NCBI GenBank assembly: GCA_016721085.1
Contig: JADKJI010000002.1
Location: forward strand, 83,630-147,629
From: Chitinophagaceae bacterium
Lineage (GTDB): Bacteria; Bacteroidota; Bacteroidia; Chitinophagales; Chitinophagaceae
Reading direction: 5' to 3'
Length of the DNA: 64,000 nucleotides
The notes beneath the pieces are model-generated. The model was given only the letters and a program-made list of their open reading frames with translations. It was not told where the DNA came from and made no database searches. Numbering within the stretch: position 1 is the stretch's first letter; each line of letters begins with the position of its first letter. Shown piece by piece: positions 47,584 through 57,111 of the stretch. Position numbers and translations under genes: made by a program.

Positions 47584-48843
47584 ATGAGCGAACATCGAAC
47601 TATTGCCAAACGCATTCTATTTCCAGTATTATTTTTTTCTCTCTTATTTACGACTTCTAGTGCCCTGGCTCAGGACGGAAAAGCGCTGTTTAAAGCAAAC
47701 TGTGCGGCCTGTCATAATCCATTAAAAGCTGGAACTGGTCCGGCATTGGGCGGTGTTGAATCAAGGTGGCCAAGCAAGGAATTGCTGTATACCTGGATCA
47801 AAAACTGGAACAAGGCTGTAGCTACAGGAGATCCCTATGCTGTGAAAATGAAGGATTGGAGCCCAGTAGCCATGACTGTTTTTGAAGGTGCAATAAATGA
47901 TAAGGATATTGATGCGATATTGGCTTATGTTGAAACAGCTGTTAAAGACGCTCAAACGCCTACGGCAACTGCAGGTCAGCCAGTTGTTGAATCAGATAAC
48001 TCACTCCTCTATGGAATTCTGACTTTGATCCTTGCCGTTATCGCCCTTATATTATTAGGTGTTAACAGCAACCTCCGCAAACTCGCTGATGATAAAGATG
48101 GTATTCCTTCTTCTGAACCTATAGCATTCTATAAGAACAAAGCCTATATCGCCATGCTGTCGCTGGTGTTATTCGTTATCGCCGGTTTCTTCCTGGTAAG
48201 ATGGGGTATCGGAATGGGTCGTGAGAAAGATTATATACCAGAACAACCGATTTTCTATTCTCATAAAGTACACGCGGGACAAAACCAGATCAACTGTCTG
48301 TATTGCCACGGTGGTGCTTACGAAGGAAAGCATGCCAACATACCTTCTGTGAATGTTTGTATGAACTGTCACCAGGCTATCGGTCAGTACACTGGCTCTG
48401 CAGGTCCTTTATACCGTGAAGATGGAACCGAAGTAAATGGTACTGAAGAGATCGCTAAATTATATGCAGCTGCTGGTTGGGACACAATCGCTAAGAAATA
48501 TACTGGTGCTGGCAAACCTATCGAATGGGTTCGTATCCATAACCTTCCTGACCATGTTTATTTTAACCACTCTCAACATACAAAAGCAGGTAAAGTACAA
48601 TGTCAAACCTGTCATGGAGAAGTAACTAATATGGATGTTGTATCTCAGTTCTCTGAACTCAGCATGGGCTGGTGCGTGAACTGTCACAGGGAAAGTAAAG
48701 TGGACTTCAACGATGAAAAAGGAAACGGTAACAAGTTTTACAGCATCTATGAGAAGTTCCATCAGGAAATCAAGGAAAAGAAACGTGACAGTGTAACGGT
48801 AAATGATATCGGTGGACTGGAATGTCAAAAATGTCACTATTAA
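47584..48843 (+). CDS. actA: alternative complex III subunit ActA, multihaem cytochrome c with extra N-terminal monohaem domain
   Basis: Six CxxCH motifs: CAACH, CLYCH, CMNCH, CQTCH, CVNCH and CQKCH. It has a signal peptide and a central TM helix. It is the first gene of the act cluster. Confidence 0.85.
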   Translation: MSEHRTIAKRILFPVLFFSLLFTTSSALAQDGKALFKANCAACHNPLKAGTGPALGGVESRWPSKELLYTWIKNWNKAVATGDPYAVKMKDWSPVAMTVFEGAINDKDIDAILAYVETAVKDAQTPTATAGQPVVESDNSLLYGILTLILAVIALILLGVNSNLRKLADDKDGIPSSEPIAFYKNKAYIAMLSLVLFVIAGFFLVRWGIGMGREKDYIPEQPIFYSHKVHAGQNQINCLYCHGGAYEGKHANIPSVNVCMNCHQAIGQYTGSAGPLYREDGTEVNGTEEIAKLYAAAGWDTIAKKYTGAGKPIEWVRIHNLPDHVYFNHSQHTKAGKVQCQTCHGEVTNMDVVSQFSELSMGWCVNCHRESKVDFNDEKGNGNKFYSIYEKFHQEIKEKKRDSVTVNDIGGLECQKCHY

Positions 48844-48880
48844 TAGTAGTAGCATTTCAGAGAATGTATGCACATGCTAC

Positions 48881-48912
48881 ATTTTCAAATTTTCAAATTT
48901 TCAAATTTTCAA
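48881..48912. repeat. perfect tandem 8-mer (ATTTTCAA)x4 in the actA-actB spacer
   Basis: Read directly. It ends 9 nt before the likely actB ATG at 48922. Confidence 0.95.
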
Positions 48913-48921
48913 ATCGACATA

Positions 48922-51900
48922 ATGGCTAAGAAAAAATACTGGCAAAGTTTTACAGAGCTAAACGACACGGAAGCACATAAGAAATTGGCTGCTGATGAGT
49001 TTCGCGAAGAACTGCCTTTTGAAAGCGGCGATGGTAAAAGTTTTACAGAAACACCTGCTTCACGTCGTGATTTTCTGAAGTACCTGGGATTTAGTACTGC
49101 TGCAGCAATGGCTGCTGCCAGTTGCGAAACTCCGGTAAGAAAAGCCATTCCTTATCTTAATAAGCCACAAGACCTCGTACCTGGTGTAGCTGATTATTAT
49201 GCTACTACCTATGTAAGTGGTGGTGAAGCCATTCCAGTTGTAGCTAAAGTAAGAGACGGTCGTCCTATTAAGTTGGAAGGTAATACCCTTTCTTCTTTCA
49301 GCCGTGGTGGTACATCTGCCCGTATTCAAGCTTCTGTTCTTGACCTGTACGATACTGCTCGTTTACATGCTCCTATGATGTTGAGTGGTGATAGCCGCAC
49401 AGCTATCAGCATGGAAGCAGCAGATAAAGATATCCTCGCTGGATTGGCCGGTGGATCGGTTGTTCTGTTGACCGGTACTATCTCTTCTCCAACAACAAAG
49501 CAAGTTATTGCTGAATTCCTGGCTAAATATCCAGGCAGCAAGCATGTTCAGTTTGACGCTGTTTCTTACAACGCCTTATTACTTGCCAACGAAGCTACTT
49601 ACGGCAAAAAAGTTATTCCTTCTTACCATTTCGATAATGCAAAAGTGATTGTGAGTCTGGGTGCCGATTTCCTCGGAACCTGGTTATCTCCAGTTGAATT
49701 CACCAAGCAATACGCTGTTGGCCGCAAGGTTAACCAGAAGAATCCTGAAATCAGCAAGCACTTCCAATTTGAAAGTATGCTGAGTCTGTCAGGTGCAAAC
49801 TCTGATGAAAGATATACTCACCTTCCATCTGCTGCAGGTACTGTTGCTACCGCGCTTTTGTCTGCTATACAAGGACAAGGTGCTGCTGGTGTAGATGGTA
49901 AACTGAAAGCAGGAATTGAAGCTGCTGCTAAAGCCCTTAACGAAAACAAAGGCAAGGGTCTTGTAGTATCAGGAAGTACTAATAAAGATGTTCAGATTGT
50001 AGTGAACGCTATCAACGAAGCAATCGGTGCTAACGGAACTACTATCAACTTCGCTTCTCCAATTCAAACACACCAGGGTGTTGATGCCGATATGGAAACA
50101 TTGGTTGCAGATATGAATGGTGGTAAAGTAGGCGCTCTTATCGTTTACGGTGTTAACCCTGCATACGAATATTACAATGCAAAAGCATTCACTGATGGCG
50201 TTAAGAAAGTGAAACTCTCTGTTTCCCTCAACGAACGTCTCGATGAAACTGCTGAAAGCTGCAAATACATCGTTCCTTCTCACCACTTCCTTGAAAGCTG
50301 GGGAGATGCAGAACCAAAAGCTGGTTTCATCACCATGTTGCAACCAACTATCAACCCTCTTTTCAAAACACGCCAGTTCCAGGACAGCCTGTTGAAATGG
50401 AGTGGAAGTGCGGTTACATTCGATACATATTTCAAAAATAACTGGACTACTAAACTCGGTAGCCCAACTGCTTACAATAAGGCCTTGCAAGATGGTGTGG
50501 TAGAAACTCCAGCCGCTGTTGCAGGTGCCGCTTTCAACGGAGCTGCTGTTGCTGCCGCTGTTACTGCTGCCAATGCACTTAAGAAAGCAAGCAAGAATGA
50601 ATTGGTAGTTTATCAAAAAGTTAGCCTTGGTGATGGTAAGCAAGCAAACAACCCTTGGTTGCAAGAGTTACCAGATCCAATTACAAAAGCTACCTGGGAT
50701 AACTATATAATGGTATCTCCACAATTCGGTAAAACTGAATTGGGTATTGATATTTCAGATGCACATCAAGCTGATAAGTATGAAGTGGTGATGGATAAGC
50801 CATTGCTGAATTTCACTATCAATAAGAAAGCATACAAATTACCTGTTCTGATTGTACCAGGTATGCAGTCTAATACTCTGGCTATCGCTATCGGTTACGG
50901 TCGTAGCGAAAAATCGGGTCGTGCTGCAAATGGTGTTGGACAGAATGCTTATCCATTCCTCAGTTATAACGGAACAACAGTTGATTGGTCAACTGCTGAT
51001 GTAGAATTTGAGAAATGGGATGGCGAGAAGACTCCAGTTGCACAAACACAAACGCATAGCAGTTACGAAGGTCGTCATGAGGTGATCAAAGAAGTTACCC
51101 TTAACGATTACAAGAAGAATCCAAAGCTCATCATTGAAGAAAGAGAAGAAGAGATTGGTAAATATGGTGGCATAGAGAATTATACAAAAGAAGGAACCCT
51201 GTATCCAACATATGATCGTCCGGGTATCAAATGGGGAATGAGCATCGACCTTAACAGTTGTATCGGTTGCGGTGCTTGTAGCGTGGCTTGTACTGCTGAA
51301 AACAACGTTCCTGTTGTTGGTAAGAGCGAAGTACTTCGTTTCCATGAAATGCATTGGATGCGTATCGACCGTTATTTCAGCGGAGATGTTCACGATTCAG
51401 ATAGCATCCAAACTATCTTCCAGCCAATGATTTGTCAGCATTGCGATAACGCTCCTTGTGAGAACGTTTGTCCGGTGGCTGCCACAAACCATAGCAGTGA
51501 AGGTTTGAACCAAATGACTTATAACCGTTGTATCGGTACTCGTTATTGCGCAAACAACTGTCCTTTCAAAGTTCGTCGCTTTAACTGGCTCGATTACACT
51601 GGTGCTGATAGCTTCGCAGATAACCAATTGACTTCAGGTGTTGGTAAACTCGATGATGCTGTGTTCATGATGAACGATTCATTGAGCCGTATGGTATTGA
51701 ATCCAGATGTTACTGTAAGAAGCCGTGGTGTAATCGAAAAATGTTCTTTCTGTATCCAACGTCTGCAAGAAGGTAAACTGAAAGCGAAGAAAGATAACCG
51801 CACTCTGGAAGATACTGATGTTAAGACGGCTTGTCAGCAAGCTTGTCCTTCAGATGCTATCGTATTCGGTAATGCGAATAATTCTAAGAGTGAGATCAGC

Positions 51901-52083
51901 AAAGTGAGAGCAGAGAATAACGAGCGTATCTTCTTTGCCCTTGAGCAAATTCACGTGATGCCGAATGTGAGCTATCTCGCTAAGGTTAGAAATGTAGAAA
52001 AACTTTCTGCAGTTCATCACACTGAAGACAATGTTCCTGAAACAGAAGGAAAGAAGGAACCCGCTGCTGCTGAAAAGCACTAA
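48922..52083 (+). CDS. actB: alternative complex III subunit ActB (molybdopterin-oxidoreductase-like plus 4Fe-4S ferredoxin domains), Tat signal
   Basis: Tat motif SRRDFLKYLGFSTAAAMAAASC. Fe-S cluster motifs CIGCGACSVAC, CQHCDNAPCENVCP, CIGTRYCANNCP and CSFC..CQQACP. The start is placed at MAKKKYW; the ORF track starts at 48868 inside the 8-mer repeat. Confidence 0.9.
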   Translation: MAKKKYWQSFTELNDTEAHKKLAADEFREELPFESGDGKSFTETPASRRDFLKYLGFSTAAAMAAASCETPVRKAIPYLNKPQDLVPGVADYYATTYVSGGEAIPVVAKVRDGRPIKLEGNTLSSFSRGGTSARIQASVLDLYDTARLHAPMMLSGDSRTAISMEAADKDILAGLAGGSVVLLTGTISSPTTKQVIAEFLAKYPGSKHVQFDAVSYNALLLANEATYGKKVIPSYHFDNAKVIVSLGADFLGTWLSPVEFTKQYAVGRKVNQKNPEISKHFQFESMLSLSGANSDERYTHLPSAAGTVATALLSAIQGQGAAGVDGKLKAGIEAAAKALNENKGKGLVVSGSTNKDVQIVVNAINEAIGANGTTINFASPIQTHQGVDADMETLVADMNGGKVGALIVYGVNPAYEYYNAKAFTDGVKKVKLSVSLNERLDETAESCKYIVPSHHFLESWGDAEPKAGFITMLQPTINPLFKTRQFQDSLLKWSGSAVTFDTYFKNNWTTKLGSPTAYNKALQDGVVETPAAVAGAAFNGAAVAAAVTAANALKKASKNELVVYQKVSLGDGKQANNPWLQELPDPITKATWDNYIMVSPQFGKTELGIDISDAHQADKYEVVMDKPLLNFTINKKAYKLPVLIVPGMQSNTLAIAIGYGRSEKSGRAANGVGQNAYPFLSYNGTTVDWSTADVEFEKWDGEKTPVAQTQTHSSYEGRHEVIKEVTLNDYKKNPKLIIEEREEEIGKYGGIENYTKEGTLYPTYDRPGIKWGMSIDLNSCIGCGACSVACTAENNVPVVGKSEVLRFHEMHWMRIDRYFSGDVHDSDSIQTIFQPMICQHCDNAPCENVCPVAATNHSSEGLNQMTYNRCIGTRYCANNCPFKVRRFNWLDYTGADSFADNQLTSGVGKLDDAVFMMNDSLSRMVLNPDVTVRSRGVIEKCSFCIQRLQEGKLKAKKDNRTLEDTDVKTACQQACPSDAIVFGNANNSKSEISKVRAENNERIFFALEQIHVMPNVSYLAKVRNVEKLSAVHHTEDNVPETEGKKEPAAAEKH

Positions 52084-52173
52084 GCGAAAGATTGATTGAA
52101 ACGTTGACCTAAGTATAAAAAAAGCTGGTAACGATCGGTAAGCACCCAACGCCAACAGCTCAAAGCTTCAAAT

Positions 52174-53622
52174 ATGGCATTATTAAAGTACGAATCGAAT
52201 GTAAGGCCTCCATTGGTGGAAGGAAAAAAAGATTACCACCAGGTTACTGAAGACATTGTGCGTCCTATTGAAGGACCACCCTCGAAACTTTGGTGGATCG
52301 GCTTTTTGGTTTCCGTGGCCCTGTTATTGTTCGGGGTTTACTCAGTATATCGTGAGGTAACTTACGGAGTAGGAGAGTGGAACCTGAATAAGACCATCGG
52401 TTGGGGTTGGGATATCACCAACTTCGTTTGGTGGGTGGGTATCGGTCACGCCGGAACCCTGATCTCTGCCATCCTCTTGCTCTTCCGTCAGGGATGGAGA
52501 ACAGGGGTGAACCGTGCAGCAGAAGCCATGACCATCTTCGCGGTAATGTGCGCCGGTCAGTTCCCGATCTGGCACATGGGTCGTGTGTGGATGGCGTTCT
52601 TCGTACTTCCTTATCCAAATACACGTGGTCCTTTATGGGTGAACTTCAACTCACCATTGTTATGGGACGTATTCGCGATCTCTACTTACTTCACCGTTTC
52701 ATTATTGTTCTGGTACTCTGGTCTTATTCCAGATCTGGCCACTGTTCGTGACCGTGCCAAATTGAAATGGAGAAAATATATGTATGGTCTGTTATCGTTT
52801 GGTTGGACAGGTTCTACCAAGCACTGGCAGCGTCATGAAAGTTTATCGTTAGTGTTGGCCGGTTTAAGTACCCCACTGGTATTGTCGGTTCACACGGTGG
52901 TATCTTTCGACTTCGCCACCTCTATTGTTCCGGGTTGGCATACTACCATCTTCCCACCATATTTCGTTGCAGGTGCCATCTTCTCAGGTTTCGCCATGGT
53001 GCAAACGCTTTTGTTGGTTACCCGTAAAGTGTTGAAACTTGAAGAATATATCACCATCGAACATATTGAAGTGATGAATAAGGTTATCGTACTCACTGGT
53101 TCTATCGTGGGTATCGCTTATCTCACTGAGTTGTTCATTGCCTGGTATGGTATGAACAAATATGAAAGCTGGGCATTCATGCATAACCGTCTCGACTTGT
53201 TCAGTCCATATGGATGGAGCTACTATCTGATGATGGGATGTAACGTATTGTCTCCACAGATCTTCTGGTTCCGCAAACTGAGAAGGAATATCGGCCTTAC
53301 CTTCTTCATGAGTATTCTTGTGAATATCGGTATGTGGTTCGAGCGTTTCGTGATTATCGTAACATCTGTATACCGCGATTACCTGCCAAGTAGCTGGAGT
53401 ACTTATTATAGTCCTTCCATCTATGAAGTTGGATTCTATCTCGGAACTTTCGGTCTCTTCTTTACTTGTTATTTCCTCTTCTCTAAATTCTTCCCGGTTA
53501 TTGCTTTGGCTGAGATCAAGCATATCCTGAAGAAATCTGGTGAGGATTTCAAACCAGCAATGGAGCCGATAGAAGAGGAGAGTGCAGAAACTTTCTACAA
53601 GGAAGTATCACACCATCATTAA
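52174..53622 (+). CDS. actC: alternative complex III subunit ActC (NrfD/PsrC-like quinol-interacting membrane subunit)
   Basis: Roughly 10 hydrophobic helices. The position and the NrfD-like N-terminal region (WGWDITNFVWWVGIGHAGTLISA) support the call. Confidence 0.9.
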   Translation: MALLKYESNVRPPLVEGKKDYHQVTEDIVRPIEGPPSKLWWIGFLVSVALLLFGVYSVYREVTYGVGEWNLNKTIGWGWDITNFVWWVGIGHAGTLISAILLLFRQGWRTGVNRAAEAMTIFAVMCAGQFPIWHMGRVWMAFFVLPYPNTRGPLWVNFNSPLLWDVFAISTYFTVSLLFWYSGLIPDLATVRDRAKLKWRKYMYGLLSFGWTGSTKHWQRHESLSLVLAGLSTPLVLSVHTVVSFDFATSIVPGWHTTIFPPYFVAGAIFSGFAMVQTLLLVTRKVLKLEEYITIEHIEVMNKVIVLTGSIVGIAYLTELFIAWYGMNKYESWAFMHNRLDLFSPYGWSYYLMMGCNVLSPQIFWFRKLRRNIGLTFFMSILVNIGMWFERFVIIVTSVYRDYLPSSWSTYYSPSIYEVGFYLGTFGLFFTCYFLFSKFFPVIALAEIKHILKKSGEDFKPAMEPIEEESAETFYKEVSHHH

Positions 53623-53652
53623 TCAATTTTAGCAACTACTGAATCAAGCTAT

Positions 53653-54228
53653 ATGGCAGAAAAAAAATTTGTAGTAGGAAGTTTTACGGAAGAAGCGGTT
53701 TTGTTTGACGCCGTAAAAAAAGTACGCAAGGCAGGATATAAGCTGCACGACGTGTATACTCCCTTCCCTATCCATGGACTGGATAAAGTAATGGGTCTTC
53801 GCGATACCAGCATCCACACTGCGGGCTTTATCTACGCTATCTTCGGAACGACTACGGCACTGAGTTTTATGACATGGGTATTTACGAAAGACTGGCCTTT
53901 GAACATTGGTGGTAAACCCCATTTTGCTTTACCAGCATGGGTACCTATCATGTTCGAGTTCACCGTACTCTGCGCCTGCGTAGGTATGGTACTTACCTTT
54001 TGTTATCTCTGCCAATTGGCTCCTTTCGTGAAAAAACACCATTTCCATGAAAGAGCTACCGACGACTTGTTTGTTATGGCTATCGAGTGCACTCCAAAAA
54101 CCAATGAAGGTGAAGTGAGTGGCTTCCTTAACAATGCAGGCGCCATTGAAGTGAATGTACAGCAAGCCGAAACCGGCTGGTGGCTGGGCACTTATGACAA
54201 AGACAAGAAAATGTTTGAATCGAAATAA
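53653..54228 (+). CDS. actD: alternative complex III subunit ActD (DUF3341)
   Basis: Soluble N-terminal domain plus two TM helices. The position between actC and the monohaem actE is conserved. Confidence 0.8.
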   Translation: MAEKKFVVGSFTEEAVLFDAVKKVRKAGYKLHDVYTPFPIHGLDKVMGLRDTSIHTAGFIYAIFGTTTALSFMTWVFTKDWPLNIGGKPHFALPAWVPIMFEFTVLCACVGMVLTFCYLCQLAPFVKKHHFHERATDDLFVMAIECTPKTNEGEVSGFLNNAGAIEVNVQQAETGWWLGTYDKDKKMFESK

Positions 54229-54277
54229 TAAGAAGTCAAAAAAGAACAGCCAACCTGTTAATCAATACTATTTCACG

Positions 54278-54916
54278 ATGAAAAAAACAGCCATCCTTTC
54301 TGTTGCCATTGCTTCGGTGATACTGTTCAGTTGCGGCAGGGATAAAACAAAGCCCAATAGCGTATACATGCCCGATATGATGTATAGCCGTGCTATTGAG
54401 ACGTATTCAAACACCGACACACTGAAAGCACAGGGAATTTTCTATAACGCTACTCCTGTAAAAGGCACAATAAAGAGAGGAGAATTATTCCCTTTCAGTA
54501 TTGAAATGGATAAGGTGGGCGATTCCACAAACTATATTGCTTCCCGTCAGGTGCAGAACCCATTACCTGCATTGGATGCTGTTCAAACAAAAGAAGCTGA
54601 ACGCCTTTACCTCGTTAACTGTGGTATCTGCCATGGTACAAAACTGGATGGTAACGGTCCTTTATATAATGATGGAAAAGGTCCTTATAGTGCTGCACCA
54701 AGAGCACTGGCAACGGATCCTATTGTGGTGAATATGCCTGATGGACAGATGTTCTATTCTATCAGTTATGGTAAGAACCTGATGGGTGGGTATGCTTCAC
54801 AGCTTAACACTACCCAGCGCTGGATGGTTATTCATTATATAAGGAGCAAGCAAAAGCCTGCTGCTCCGGTAGCTGCTGCACCTGCCGCTGCTGCTGATAC
54901 CACTGTAAAGAAATAA
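54278..54916 (+). CDS. actE: alternative complex III subunit ActE, monohaem cytochrome c lipoprotein
   Basis: Lipoprotein signal MKKTAILSVAIASVILFSC. A single CGICH haem motif. The start is placed at the internal Met (ORF track starts at 54155). Confidence 0.85.
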   Translation: MKKTAILSVAIASVILFSCGRDKTKPNSVYMPDMMYSRAIETYSNTDTLKAQGIFYNATPVKGTIKRGELFPFSIEMDKVGDSTNYIASRQVQNPLPALDAVQTKEAERLYLVNCGICHGTKLDGNGPLYNDGKGPYSAAPRALATDPIVVNMPDGQMFYSISYGKNLMGGYASQLNTTQRWMVIHYIRSKQKPAAPVAAAPAAAADTTVKK

Positions 54917-54950
54917 TTAACCCGATCACGAATTTTATAAATTTCAGATA

Positions 54951-55943
54951 ATGGCTATTAAAGAATTTTTTGAGATACCAAAAAGATACAGAACCTGGTC
55001 ACTGGCGCTGATGGGCATTGGGTTGCTGGCAATTGTATTGGGATTCTTTGTGTATGGTACCGGAGATGTACATCACAAAACCGAGATCCTTCAAGGTAAA
55101 GAGCCATTCCTCAATATCAAATTCTTTTCAATCTGGACCATCCTTACTGTAGCATTATGGTGGTTTTTGGGATACCGCATGCGTAAGCTGTCATTGTCTA
55201 TCGACAATAATCCTTTACCAAATGCGGAAGCCCGTCGTAAATATATCTGGAATAACACTGTATCTGCGGCTTTATATATCGTATGGTTCGCTTTAACAGT
55301 AATGTCAACTGTTCCCTGGTTGTGGTTGATGAGCATCGATCCACACTGGTACAGCACCATGTATAGCTGGTACACATTCGCCAGTAGCTGGGTGGCTGGT
55401 ATAGCACTGATTGCTTTATTCGTAGTATATCTTAAGAATAAGGGATATCTGGAGTTCACCAACGAAGAACACCTTCATGATATCGGTAAGTTCATGTTTG
55501 CATTCTCTGTATTCTGGACCTATTTGTGGTTCAGCCAGTACATGTTGATCTGGTACGCCAACATTCCAGAAGAAACTGTTTACTTTAGATCGAGAATAAG
55601 CACAGATCATGAAACAGGAACTTATAGTGGAATATTTTGGTTCCAGTTTATAATCAATTTCCTTGCGCCGTTGTTAATATTAATGAGAAGAGGTTCTAAG
55701 AGGAATTTCACCACTATCACCATCATGGCGGTAGTTATCATCTTCGGTCACTGGCTCGATTTCTATCAAATGATCTTCGCCAGCGTATTGAGTGAGCATG
55801 TAGAACTGGGATGGCTCGATTTCGGAGTAGCCGCTGGTTTTGTAGGTGTGATTCTGTTCGTAACTGGAAATGCTTTGGCTAAAAATCCATTGATTTCAAA
55901 GAACCACCCGTTTGTAAAAGAAAGTATCATTCACCATACCTGA
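54951..55943 (+). CDS. actF: alternative complex III subunit ActF (membrane subunit)
   Basis: About 8 hydrophobic helices by eye. The position after actE supports the call. It is 330 aa, versus 482 aa for ActC. Confidence 0.75.
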   Translation: MAIKEFFEIPKRYRTWSLALMGIGLLAIVLGFFVYGTGDVHHKTEILQGKEPFLNIKFFSIWTILTVALWWFLGYRMRKLSLSIDNNPLPNAEARRKYIWNNTVSAALYIVWFALTVMSTVPWLWLMSIDPHWYSTMYSWYTFASSWVAGIALIALFVVYLKNKGYLEFTNEEHLHDIGKFMFAFSVFWTYLWFSQYMLIWYANIPEETVYFRSRISTDHETGTYSGIFWFQFIINFLAPLLILMRRGSKRNFTTITIMAVVIIFGHWLDFYQMIFASVLSEHVELGWLDFGVAAGFVGVILFVTGNALAKNPLISKNHPFVKESIIHHT

Positions 55944-56016
55944 TTTGTAATCGGGTTACGTGAATCAATTTAGAGAGAGATTTTTGTTTGGATTGTATAA
56001 CACTATTTGAATAATC

Positions 56017-57066
56017 ATGACAACAACTGCAATTTTTCTGGTGGCCATTTTAGTGCTGGGGTTCCTCATCACTTTCCAAATTGCTAAAGCCAGCGAGTAT
56101 GTTTCTGTGCTGAAAGGAGAGAAGAAATCGATGGAGCAGAGCAACCGCATCAACGGTTTCCTCATGATCGTTTTCCTGGTAGTAGGACTTATCGGCGTTT
56201 GGTATTGTAATGAACTCTTCTACAAGAAGACTTTATTGCCTTTCCCATCGGCTTCAGAACACGGAGAGAAAATCGATTTGATGTTGTGGATCACCATCAT
56301 CATCACAGGAATCGTATTCTTCCTTACCCAAATTCTCCTTTTCTGGTTTGCTTATAAATATCAGCACAATCCAAAAAAGAAAGCTTTCTTCTTTGCGCAT
56401 AGCACAAAGCTTGAAATCATCTGGACAACTGTTCCTGCCATCACTCTTTGTATCCTGGTGGGTTTCGGTATCTTCTATTGGTTCCAGATAACTGGCGAAG
56501 CACCTGATAACGCCATGAGAGTGGAAGTAACCGGTAAACAATTCGGTTGGATTTTCCGCTACCCAGGTAAAGACAACACTTTCGGTAAAAAATATTTCAG
56601 AAATATCGATGAGCAAAACAGCAATGAACTCGGATTGATCTGGGAAGACCCTGCATCTCACGACGACGTTGTACTTTCTCAAACAATGGTTGTTGCAAAA
56701 GGAACACCTTTGAAACTCATCATCAATTCCCGCGACGTTATACACGACGTTGGTCTGCCTCACTTCCGTTTGAAGATGGACGCTGTTCCAGGAACACCCA
56801 CTACATTATGGTTTACACCATTGTACACAACGGAAGAAATGAAGAAGATCACAGGTAATCCTGAATTTGAATATGAAATAGCCTGCGACCAGATGTGTGG
56901 CAACGGGCACTATTCAATGAAAGGAATTATCAAAGTGGTTACACAAGCTGATTTCGTTTTATGGAGAGCACAGCAGAAAGCCGCTTATTCTGCTATCACT
57001 CCAAAAGCAGAACCAGCAGCAGCCGACACAACAGCAAAAGCAACAGCTTTGCTGATCCGTAAATAA
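56017..57066 (+). CDS. ctaC: cytochrome c oxidase subunit II (CuA, no fused cytochrome c domain)
   Basis: Two or three N-terminal TM helices. CuA ligands HDVGLPHF and CDQMCGNGHYSM. No CxxCH motif. Confidence 0.9.
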   Translation: MTTTAIFLVAILVLGFLITFQIAKASEYVSVLKGEKKSMEQSNRINGFLMIVFLVVGLIGVWYCNELFYKKTLLPFPSASEHGEKIDLMLWITIIITGIVFFLTQILLFWFAYKYQHNPKKKAFFFAHSTKLEIIWTTVPAITLCILVGFGIFYWFQITGEAPDNAMRVEVTGKQFGWIFRYPGKDNTFGKKYFRNIDEQNSNELGLIWEDPASHDDVVLSQTMVVAKGTPLKLIINSRDVIHDVGLPHFRLKMDAVPGTPTTLWFTPLYTTEEMKKITGNPEFEYEIACDQMCGNGHYSMKGIIKVVTQADFVLWRAQQKAAYSAITPKAEPAAADTTAKATALLIRK

Positions 57067-57111
57067 TAAGTTTCCGTACAAACATTTTTTCGACTATCTA
57101 AAAATAAAAGC

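Noticed and set aside
48868-48921. N-terminal extensions offered by the ORF track: actB from 48868, cyoE from 58963, actE from 54155, the dipeptidase to 37724, the WG-repeat protein to 40702, the beta-barrel from 541 and the GNAT from 37600.
   Set aside because: The extensions run through repeat modules or the neighbouring gene and precede obvious signal peptides or conserved N-termini. Internal ATG starts fit better.
49969-50664. A 231-aa ORF antisense to actB. There are similar long antisense ORFs at 52984-53523 (in actC), 56254-56763 (in subunit II), 31546-32109 (in the amidase) and 23349-23732 (in E1).
   Set aside because: Each lies entirely inside a gene with strong family motifs on the other strand. 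They have odd Cys/Ser/His-rich composition and no motifs, so they are typical shadow ORFs.
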